A stretch of DNA of 64,000 nucleotides from Nemertoderma westbladi (Eukaryota; Animalia; Xenacoelomorpha), in NCBI GenBank assembly GCA_032718475.1, contig JAUCBJ010004184.1, positions 1 to 64,000 on the forward strand, written 5' to 3'. Made by a program: the position numbers and the translations under genes. The notes below the pieces were generated by a model. The model did not search any database. It worked only from the letters and a program-made list of their open reading frames with translations, and was not told where the DNA came from. Numbering within the stretch: the stretch's first letter is position 1; the number at the start of each line of letters is the position of its first letter. Shown piece by piece: positions 25,401 to 37,200 of this stretch.

Positions 25401-25899
25401 CTTCATCTCTTCCATCCTTGCATTATTTCTCTCTTCCATGCATCATCTCTTCAATCCTTGCATTATTTCTCTCTTCCATGCATCATCTCTTCAATCCTTG
25501 CATTATTTCTCTCTTCCATGCATCATCTCTTCAATCCTTGCATTATTTCTCTCTTCCATGCATCATCTCTTCAATCCTTGCATTATTTCTCTCTTCCATG
25601 CTTCCACTCTTCCATCCTTGCATTATTTCTCTCTTCCATGCTTCATCTCTTCCATCCTTGCATTATTTCTCTCTTCCATGCTTCCACTCTTCAATCATTG
25701 CATTATTTCTCTCTTCCATGCTTCCACTCTTCAATCATTGCATTATTTCTCTCTTCCATGCTTCATCTCTTCAATCCTTGCATTATTTATCTCTTCCATG
25801 CTTCATCTCTTCCATCCTTGCATTATTTCTCTCTTCCATGCATCATCTCTTCAATCCTTGCATTATTTCTCTCTTCCATGCTTCATCTCTTCCATCCTT

Positions 25900-28800
25900 G
25901 CATTATTTCTCTCTTCCATGTTTCCACTCTTCAATCCTTGCATTATTTCTCTCTTCCATGCTTCATATCTTCCATCCTTGCATTATTTATCTCTTCCATG
26001 CTTCATATCTTCCATCCTTGCATTATTTATCTCTTCCATGCTTCATCTCTTCCATCCTTGCATTATTTATCTCTTCCATGCTTCATCTCTTCAATCCTTG
26101 CATTATTTCTCTCTTCCATGCTTCATCTCTTCAATCCTTGCATTATTTATCTCTTCCATGCTTCATCTCTTCAATCCTTGCATTATTTCTCTCTTCCATG
26201 CTTCATCTCTTCAATCCTTGCATTATTTCTCTCTTCCATGCTTCATCTCTTCCATCTTTGCATTATTTCTCTCTTCCATGCTTCATCTCTTCAATCCTTG
26301 CATTATTTCTCTCTTCCATGCTTCATCTCTTCAATCCTTGCATTATTTATCTCTTCCATGCTTCATCTCTTCAATCCTTTCATTATTTCTCTCTTCCATG
26401 CTTCATCTCTTCCATCCTTGCATTATTTATCTTTTCCATGCTTCATATCTTCCATCCTTGCATTATTTATCTCTTCCATGCTTCATCTCTTCAATCCTTG
26501 CATTATTTCTCTCTTCCATGCTTCATCTCTTCAATCCTTGCATTATTTCTCTCTTCCATGCTTCATCTCTTCCATCCTTGCATTATTTCTCTCTTCCTTG
26601 CTTCATCTCTTCCATCGTTGGTTATTTCTCTCTTCCATGCTTCATCTCTTCAATCCTTGCATTATTTCTCTCTTCCATGCTTCATCGCTTCAATCCTTGC
26701 ATTATTTCTCTCTTCCATGCTTCCACTTTTACATCCTTGCATTATTTCTCTCTTCCATGCTTCATCTCTTCAATCCTTGCATTATTTCTCTCTTCCATGC
26801 TTCATCTCTTCAATCCTTGCATTATTTCTCTCTTCCATGCTTCATCTCTTCAATCCTTGCATTATTTCTCTCTTCCATGCTTCATCTCTTCAATCCTTGC
26901 ATTATTTATCTCTTCCATGCTTCATCTCTTCAATCCTTGCATTATTTCTCTCTTCCATGTTTCCACTCAATCCTTGCATTATTTCTCTCTTCCATGCTTC
27001 ATCTCTTCAATCCTTGCATTATTTCTCTCTTCCATGCTTCATCTCTTCAATCCTTGCATTATTTCTCTCTTCCATGCTTCATCTCTTCCATCCTTGCATT
27101 ATTTCTCTCTTCCATGCTTCATCTCTTCAATCCTTGCATTATTTCTCTCTTCCATGCTTCATCTCTTCCATCCTTGCATTATTTCTCTCTTCCATGCTTC
27201 ATCTCTTCCATCCTTGCATTATTTCTCTCTTCCATGCTTCATCTCTTCAATCCTTGCATTATTTCTCTCTTCCATGATTCATCTCTTCCATCCTTGCATT
27301 ATTTCTCTCTTCCATGCTTCATCTCTTCCATCCTTGCATTATTTCTCTCTTCCATGCTTCATCTCTTCAATCCTTGCATTATTTCTCTCTTCCATGCTTC
27401 ATCTCTTCAATCCTTGCATTATTTCTCTCTTCCATGCTTCATCTCTTCAATCCTTGCATTATTTCTCTCTTCCATGCTTCATCTCTTCAATCCTTGCATT
27501 ATTTCTCTCTTCCATGTTTCCACTCAATACTTGCATTATTTCTCTCTTCCATGTTTCCACTCAATCCTTGCATTATTTCTCTCTTCCATGCTTCATCTCT
27601 TCCATCCTTGCATTATTTCTCTCTTCCATGCTTCATCTCTTCCATCCTTGCATTATTTCTCTCTTCCATGCTTCATCTCTTCAATCCTTGCATTATTTCT
27701 CGCTTCCATGCTTCATCTCTTCAATCCTTGCATTATTTCTCTCTTCCATGCTTCATCTCTTCAATCCTTGCATTATTTCTCTCTTCCATGCTTCATCTCT
27801 TCAATCCTTACATTATTTCTCTCTTCCATGCTTCATCTCTTCAATCCTTGCATTATTTCTCTCTTCCATGTTTCCACTCAATCCTTGCATTATTTCTCTC
27901 TTCCATGCTTCATCTCTTCAATCCTTGCATTATTTCTCTCTTCCATGCTTCATCTCTTCAATCCTTGCATTATTTCTCTCTTCCATGCTTCATCTCTTCC
28001 ATCCTTGCATTATTTCTCTCTTCCATGCTTCATCTCTTCAATCCTTGCATTATTTCTCTCTTCCATGCTTCATCTCTTCCATCCTTGCATTATTTCTCTC
28101 TTCCATTCTTCATCTCTTCCATCCTTGCATTATTTCTCTCTTCCATGCTTCATCTCTTCAATCCTTGCATTATTTCTCTCTTCCATGCTTCATCTCTTCA
28201 ATCCTTGCATTATTTCTCTCTTCCATGCTTCATCTCTTCCATCCTTGCATTATTTCTCTCTTCCATGCTTCATCTCTTCAATCCTTGCATTATTTCTCTC
28301 TTCCATGCTTCATCTCTTCCATCCTTGCATTATTTCTCTCTTCCATGCTTCATCTCTTCCATCCTTGCATTATTTCTCTCTTCCATGCTTCATCTCTTCA
28401 ATCCTTGCATTATTTCTCTCTTCCATGATTCATCTCTTCCATCCTTGCATTATTTCTCTCTTCCATGCTTCATCTCTTCCATCCTTGCATTATTTCTCTC
28501 TTCCATGCTTCATCTCTTCAATCCTTGCATTATTTCTCTCTTCCATGCTTCATCTCTTCAATCCTTGCATTATTTCTCTCTTCCATGCTTCATCTCTTCA
28601 ATCCTTGCATTATTTCTCTCTTCCATGCTTCATCTCTTCAATCCTTGCATTATTTCTCTCTTCCATGTTTCCACTCAATACTTGCATTATTTCTCTCTTC
28701 CATGTTTCCACTCAATCCTTGCATTATTTCTCTCTTCCATGCTTCATCTCTTCCATCCTTGCATTATTTCTCTCTTCCATGCTTCATCTCTTCCATCCTT

Positions 28801-31250
28801 GCATTATTTCTCTCTTCCATGCTTCATCTCTTCAATCCTTGCATTATTTCTCGCTTCCATGCTTCATCTCTTCAATCCTTGCATTATTTCTCTCTTCCAT
28901 GTTTCCACTCAATCCTTGCATTATTTCTCTCTTCCATGCTTCATCTCTTCAATCCTTGCATTATTTCTCTCTTCCATGCTTCATCTCTTCAATCCTTGCA
29001 TTATCTCTCTCTTCCATGTTTCCACTCAATCCTTGCATTATTTCTCTCTTCCATGCTTCATCTCTTCAATCCTTGCATTATTTCTCTCTTCCATGCTTCA
29101 TCTCTTCCATCCTTGCATTATTTCTCTCTTCCATGCTTCATCTCTTCAATCCTTGCATTATTTCTCTCTTCCATGCTTCTTCTCTTCCATCCTTGCATTA
29201 TTTCTCTCTTCCATGCTTCATCTCTTCAATCCTTGCATTATTTCTCTCTTCCATGCTTCATCTCTTCAATCCTTACATTATTTCTCTCTTCCATGCTTCA
29301 TCTCTTCAATCCTTGCATTATTTCTCTCTTCCATGTTTCCACTCAATCCTTGCATTATTTCTCTCTTCCATGCTTCATCTCTTCAATCCTTGCATTATTT
29401 CTCTCTTCCATGCTTCATCTCTTCAATCCTTGCATTATTTCTCTCTTCCATGCTTCATCTCTTCCATCCTTGCATTATTTCTCTCTTCCATGCTTCATCT
29501 CTTCAATCCTTGCATTATTTCTCTCTTCCATGCTTCATCTCTTCCATCCTTGCATTATTTCTCTCTTCCATTCTTCATCTCTTCCATCCTTGCATTATTT
29601 CTCTCTTCCATGCTTCATCTCTTCAATCCTTGCATTATTTCTCTCTTCCATGATTCATCTCTTCCATCCTTGCATTATTTCTCTCTTCCATGCTTCATCT
29701 CTTCCATCCTTGCATTATTTCTCTCTTCCATGCTTCATCTCTTCAATCCTTGCATTATTTCTCTCTTCCATGCTTCATCTCTTCAATCCTTGCATTATTT
29801 CTCTCTTCCATGTTTCCACTCAATACTTGCATTATTTCTCTCTTCCATGCTTCATCTCTTCAATCCTTGCATTATTTCTCTCTTCCATGCTTCATCTCTT
29901 CAATCCTTGCATTATTTCTCTCTTCCATGTTTCCACTCAATCCTTGCATTATTTCTCTCTTCCATGCTTCATCTCTTCAATCCTTGCATTATTTCTCTCT
30001 TCCATGCTTCATCTCTTCAATCCTTGCATTATTTCTCTCTTCCATGCTTCATCTCTTCCATCCTTGCATTATTTCTCTCTTCCATGCTTCATCTCTTCAA
30101 TCCTTGCATTATTTCTATTTTCCATGCTTCATCTCTTCCATCCTTGCATTATTTCTCTCTTCCATGCTTCATCTCTTCCATCCTTGCATTATTTCTCTCT
30201 TCCATGCTTCATCTCTTCAATCCTTGCATTATTTCTCTCTTCCATGATTCATCTCTTCCATCCTTGCATTATTTCTCTCTTCCATGCTTCATCTCTTCAA
30301 TCCTTGCATTATTTCTCTCTTCCATGCTTCATCACTTCAATCCTTGCATTATTTCTCGCTTCCATGCTTCATCTCTTTAATCCTTGCATTATTTCTCTCT
30401 TCCATGTTTCCACTCAATCCTTGCATTATTTCTCTCTTCCATGTTTCCACTCTTCAATCCTTGCATTATTTCTCTCTTCCATGTTTCCACTCTTCAATCC
30501 TTGCATTATTTCTCTCTTCCATGCTTCATCTCTTCCATCCTTGCATTATTTCTCTCTTCCATGCTTCATCTCTTCAATCCTTGCATTATTTCTCTCTTCC
30601 ATGCTTCATCTCTTCCATCCTTGCATTATTTCTCTCTTCCATGCTTTATCTCTTCCATCCTTGCATTATTTCTCTCTTCCATGCTTCTTCTCTTCAATCC
30701 TTGCATTATTTCTCTCTTCCATGCTTCATCTCTTCAATCCTTGCATTATTTCTCTCTTCCATGCTTCATCTCTTCCATCCTTGCATTATTTCTCTCTTCC
30801 ATGCTTCATCTCTTCCATCCTTGCATTATTTATCTCTTCCATGCTTCATCTCTTCAATCCTTGCATTATTTCTCTCTTCCATGCTTCATCTCTTCAATCC
30901 TTGCATTATTTATCTCTTCCATGCTTCATCTCTTCAATCCTTTCATTATTTCTCTCTTCCATGCTTCATCTCTTCCGTCCTTGCATTATTTCTCTCTTAC
31001 ATGCTTCATCTCTTCCATCCTTGCATTATTTCTCTCTTCCATGCTTCATCTCTTCCATCCTTGCATTATTTCTCTCTTCCATGCTTCATCTCTTCAATCC
31101 TTGCATTATTTCTCTCTTCCATGCTTCATCTCTTCCATCCTTACATTATTTCTATCTTCCATACTTCCACTATCCATCCTTGCATTACTTATCTCTTTCA
31201 TGCTTCATCTCTTCCATCCTTGCATTATTTCTCTCTTCCATGCTTCATCT
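25900..31250. repeat. Most diverged satellite subdomain, with 37-bp monomers (ATGTTTCCACTCAAT) and many private substitutions
   Basis: 37-mers near 26960, 27515, 27551, 27870, 28668, 28703, 28901, 29018, 29335, 29812, 29929 and 30405. Singleton changes at ~26598-26625, 26687, 26728, 30117, 30333 and 31141-31200. Confidence 0.85.
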
Positions 31251-34200
31251 CTTCCATCCTTGCATTATTTCTCTCTTCCATGCTTCATCTCTTCAATCCT
31301 TGCATTATTTCTCTCTTCCATGCTTCATCTCTTCCATCCTTGCATTATTTCTCTCTTCCATGCTTCATCTCTTCCATCCTTGCATTATTTCTCTCTTCCA
31401 TGCTTCATCTCTTCAATCCTTGCATTATTTATCTCTTCCATGCTTCATCTCTTCCATCCTTGCATTATTTCTCTCTTCCATGCTTCATCTCTTCAATCCT
31501 TGCATTATTTCTCTCTTCCATCCTTCATCTCTTCAATCCTTGCATTATTTCTCTCTTACATGCTTCATCTCTTCCATCCTTGCATTATTTCTCTCTTCCA
31601 TGCTTCCACTCTTCAATCATTGCATTATTTCTCTCTTCCATGCTTCATCTCTTCAATCCTTGCATTATTTCTCTCTTCCATGCTTCCACTCTTCAATCAT
31701 TGCATTATTTATCTCTTCCATGCTTCATCTCTTCCATCCTTGCATTATTTCTCTCTTCCATGCTTCATCTCTTCAATCCTTGCATTATTTCTCTCTTCCA
31801 TGCTTCCACTCTTCAATCATTGCATTATTTATCTCTTCCATGCTTCCACTCTTCAATCATTGCATTATTTATCTCTTCCATGCTTCCACTCTTCAATCAT
31901 TGCATTATTTATCTCTTCCATGCTTCATCTCTTCCATCCTTGCATTATTTCTCTCTTCCATGCTTCATCTCTTCAATCCTTGCATTATTTCTCTCTTCCA
32001 TGCTTCCACTCTTCCATCCTTGCATTATTTCTCTCTTCCATGCTTCCACTCTTCAATCCTTGCATTATTTCTCTCTTCCATGCTTCATCTCTTCCATCCT
32101 TGCATTATTTCTCTCTTCCATGCTTCATCTCTTCAATCCTTGCATTATTTATCTCTTCCATGCTTCATCTCTTCAATCCTTGCATTATTTCTCGCTTCCA
32201 TGCTTCATCTCTTCAATCCTTGCATTATTTCTCTCTTCCATGCTTCATCTCTTCAATCCTTGCATTATTTCTCTCTTCCATGCTTCATCTCTTCAATCCT
32301 TGCATTATTTCTCTCTTCCATGCTTCATCTCTTCAATCCTTGCATTATTTATCTCTTCCATGCATCATCTCTTCAATCATTGCATTATTTCTCTCTTCCA
32401 TGCTTCCACTCTTCAATCATTGCATTATTTCTCTCTTCCATGCTTCATCTCTTCAATCCTTGCATTATTTCTCTCTTCCATGCTTCCACTCTTCAATCAT
32501 TGCATTATTTCTCTCTTCCATGCTTCCACTCTTCAATCATTGCATTATTTCTCTCTTCCATCCTTCCACTCTTCAATCATTGCATTATTTCTCTCTTCCA
32601 TGCTTCCACTCTTCAATCATTGCATTATTTCTCTCTTCCATGCTTCCACTCTTCAATCATTGCATTATTTCTCTCTTCCATGCTTCATCTCTTCAATCAT
32701 TGCATTATTTCTCTCTTCCATGCTTCCACTCTTCAATCATTGCATTATTTCTCTCTTCCATGCTTCCACTCTTCAATCATTGCATTATTTCTCTCTTCCA
32801 TGCTTCCACTCTTCAATCATTGCATTATTTCTCTCTTCCATGCTTCCACTCTTCAATCATTGCATTATTTCTCTCTTCCATGCTTCATCTCTTCCATCCT
32901 TGCATTATTTCTCTCTTCCATGCTTCATCTCTCCAATCCTTGCATTATTTCTCTCTTCCATGCTTCATCTCTTCAATCCTTGCATTATTTCTCTCTTCCA
33001 TGCTTCATCTCTTCCATCCTTTCATTATTTCTCTCTTCCATGCTTCATCTCTCCAATCCTTGCATTATTTCTCTCTTCCATGCTTCATCTCTTCAATCCT
33101 TGCATTATTTCTCTCTTCCATGCTTCATCTCTTCCATCCTTGCATTATTTCTCTCTTCCATGCTTCATCTCTTCCATCCTTTCATTATTTCTCTCTTCCA
33201 TGCTTCATCTCTTCAATCATTGCATTATTTCTCTCTTCCATGCTTCATCTCTTCAATCCTTGCATTATTTCTCTCTTCCATGCTTCCACTCTTCAATCAT
33301 TGCATTATTTCTCTCTTCCATGCTTCCACTCTTCAATCATTGCATTATTTCTCTCTTCCATGCTTCATCTCTTCAATCCTTGCATTATTTCTCTCTTCCA
33401 TGCTTCCACTCTTCAATCATTGCATTATTTCTCTCTTCCATGCTTCCACTCTTCAATCATTGCATTATTTCTCTCTTCCATGCTTCCACTCTTCAATCAT
33501 TGCATTATTTCTCTCTTCCATGCTTCATCTCTTCAATCCTTGCATTATTTCTCTCTTCCATGCTTCCACTCTTCAATCATTGCATTATTTCTCTCTTCCA
33601 TGCTTCCACTCTTCAATCATTGCATTATTTCTCTCTTCCATGCTTCCACTCTTCAATCATTGCATTATTTCTCTCTTCCATGCTTAATCTCGTCCATCCT
33701 TGCATTATTTCTCTCTTCCATGCTTAATCTCTGCCATCCTTGCATTATTTCTCTCTTCCATGCTTCATCTCTTCAATCCTTGCATTATTTCTCTCTTCCA
33801 TGCTTCCACTCTTCAATCATTGCATTATTTCTCTCTTCCATCCTTCCACTCTTCAATCCTTGCATTATTTCTCTCTTCCATGCTTCCACTCTTCAATCCT
33901 TGCATTATTTCTCTCTTCCATGCTTCCACTCTTCAATCATTGCATTATTTCTCTCTTCCATGCTTCCACTCTTCAATCATTGCATTATTTCTCTCTTCCA
34001 TGCTTCCACTCTTCAATCATTGCATTATTTCTCTCTTCCATCCTTCCACTCTTCAATCCTTGCATTATTTCTCTCTTCCATCCTTCCACTCTTCAATCCT
34101 TGCATTATTTCTCTCTTCCATGCTTCATCTCTTCAATCCTTGCATTATTTCTCTCTTCCATGCTTCCACTCTTCAATCATTGCATTATTTCTCTCTTCCA

Positions 34201-37200
34201 TGCTTAATCTCTGCCATCCTTGCATTATTTCTCTCTTCCATGCTTCCACTCTTCAATCATTGCATTATTTCTCTCTTCCATGCTTCCACTCTTCAATCAT
34301 TGCATTATTTCTCTCTTCCATGCTTCATCTCTTCCATCCTTGCATTATTTCTCTCTTCCATGCTTCATCTCTTCAATCCTTGCATTATTTCTCTCTTACA
34401 TGCTTCATCTCTTCAATCCTTGCATTATTTCTCTCTTCCATGCTTCCACTCTTCAATCATTGCATTATTTCTCTCTTCCATGCTTCATCTCTTCCATCCT
34501 TGCATTATTTCTCTCTTCCATGCTTCATCTCTTCAATCCTTGCATTATTTCTCTCTTACATGCTTCATCTCTTCAATCCTTGCATTATTTCTCTCTTACA
34601 TGCTTCATCTCTTCCATCCTTGCATTATTTCTCTCTCCCATGCTTCCACTCTTCAATCATTGCATTATTTCTCTCTTCCATGCTTCCACTCTTCAATCCT
34701 TGCATTATTTCTCTCTTCCATGCTTCATCTCTTCCATCCTTGCATTATTTCTCTCTTCCATGCTTCATCTCTTCAATCCTTGCATTATTTCTCTCTCCCG
34801 TGCTTCCACTCTTCAATCATTGCATTATTTCTCTCTTCCATGCTTCCACTCTTCAATCATTGCATTATTTCTCTCTTCCATGCTTCATCTCTTCAATCCT
34901 TGCATTATTTCTCTCTTCCATGCTTCATCTCTTCAATCCTTGCATTATTTCTCTCTTCCATGCTTCCACTCTTCAATCATTGCATTATTTCTCTCTTCCA
35001 TGCTTCATCTCTTCCATCCTTGCATTATTTCTCTCTTCCATGCTTCCACTCTTCAATCATTGCATTATTTCTCTCTTCCATGCTTCCACTCTTCAATCAT
35101 TGCATTATTTCTCTCTTCCATGCTTCCACTCTTCAATCATTGCATTATTTCTCTCTTCCATGCTTCCACTCTTCAATCATTGCATTATTTCTCTCTTCCA
35201 TGCTTCCACTCTTCAATCATTGCATTATTTCTCTCTTCCATGCTTCCACTCTTCCATCCTTGCATTATTTCTCTCTTCCATGCTTCCACTCTTCAATCAT
35301 TGCATTATTTCTCTCTTCCATGCTTCCACTCTTCAATCATTGCATTATTTCTCTCTTCCATGCTTCATCTCTTCCATCCTTGCATTATTTCTCTCTTCCA
35401 TGCTTCATCTCTTCAATCCTTGCATTATTTCTCTCTTCCATGCTTCATCTCTTCAATCCTTGCATTATTTCTCTCTTCCATGCTTCCACTCTTCAATCAT
35501 TGCATTATTTCTCTCTTCCATGCTTCCACTCTTCCATCCTTGCATTATTTCTCTCTTCCATGCTTCATCTCTTCAATCCTTGCATTATTTCTCTCTTCCA
35601 TGCTTCCACTCTTCAATCATTGCATTATTTCTCTCTTCCATGCTTCCACTCTTCCATCCTTGCATTATTTCTCTCTTCCATGCTTCCACTCTTCAATCAT
35701 TGCATTATTTCTCTCTTCCATGCTTCCACTCTTCAATCATTGCATTATTTCTCTCTTCCATGCTTCATCTCTTCCATCCTTGCATTATTTCTCTCTTCCA
35801 TGCTTCATCTCTTCAATCCTTGCATTATTTCTCTCTTCCATGCTTCATCTCTTCAATCCTTGCATTATTTCTCTCTTCCATGCTTCCACTCTTCAATCAT
35901 TGCATTATTTCTCTCTTCCATGCTTCATCTCTTCCATCCTTGCATTATTTCTCTCTTCCATGCTTCATCTCTTCAATCCTTGCATTATTTCTCTCTTCCA
36001 TGCTTCCACTCTTCAATCATTGCATTATTTCTCTCTTCCATGCTTCATCTCTTCAATCCTTGCATTATTTCTCTCTTCCATGCTTCCACTCTTCAATCAT
36101 TGCATTATTTCTCTCTTCCATGCTTCATCTCTTCCATCCTTGCATTATTTCTCTCTTCCATGCTTCCACTCTTCAATCATTGCATTATTTCTCTCTCCCG
36201 TGCTTCCACTCTTCAATCCTTGCATTATTTCTCTCTTCCATGCTTCATCTCTTCAATCATTGCATTATTTCTCTCTTCCATGCTTCCACTCTTCAATCAT
36301 TGCATTATTTCTCTCTTCCATGCTTCCACTCTTCAATCATTGCATTATTTCTCTCTTCCATGCTTCCACTCTTCAATCCTTGCATTATTTCTCTCTTCCA
36401 TGCTTAATCTCTGCCATCCTTGCATTATTTCTCGCTTCCATGCTTCATCTCTTCAATCCTTGCATTATTTCTCTCTTCCATGCTTCATCTCTTCAATCCT
36501 TGCATTATTTCTCTCTTCCATGCTTCATCTCTTCAATCCTTGCATTATTTCTCTCTTCCATGCTTCATCTCTTCAATCCTTGCATTATTTCTCTCTTCCA
36601 TGCTTCCACTCTTCAATCATTGCATTATTTCTCTCTTCCATGCTTCATCTCTTCAATCCTTGCATTATTTCTCTCTTCCATGCTTCATCTCTTCAATCAT
36701 TGCATTATTTCTCTCTTCCATGCTTCCACTCTTCAATCATTGCATTATTTCTCTCTTCCATGCTTAATCTCTGCCATCCTTGCATTATTTCTCGCTTCCA
36801 TGCTTCATCTCTTCAATCCTTGCATTATTTCTCTCTTCCATGCTTCATCTCTTCAATCCTTGCATTATTTCTCTCTTCCATGCTTCATCTCTTCAATCCT
36901 TGCATTATTTCTCTCTTCCATGCTTCATCTCTTCAATCCTTGCATTATTTCTCTCTTCCATGCTTCATCTCTTCAATCCTTGCATTATTTCTCTCTTCCA
37001 TGCTTCCACTCTTCAATCATTGCATTATTTATCTCTTCCATGCTTCATCTCTTCAATCCTTGCATTATTTCTCTCTTCCATGCTTCATCTCTTCCATCCT
37101 TGCATTATTTCTCTCTTCCATGCTTCATCTCTTCAATCCTTGCATTATTTCTCTCTTCCATGCTTCATCTCTTCAATCCTTGCATTATTTCTCTCTTCCA

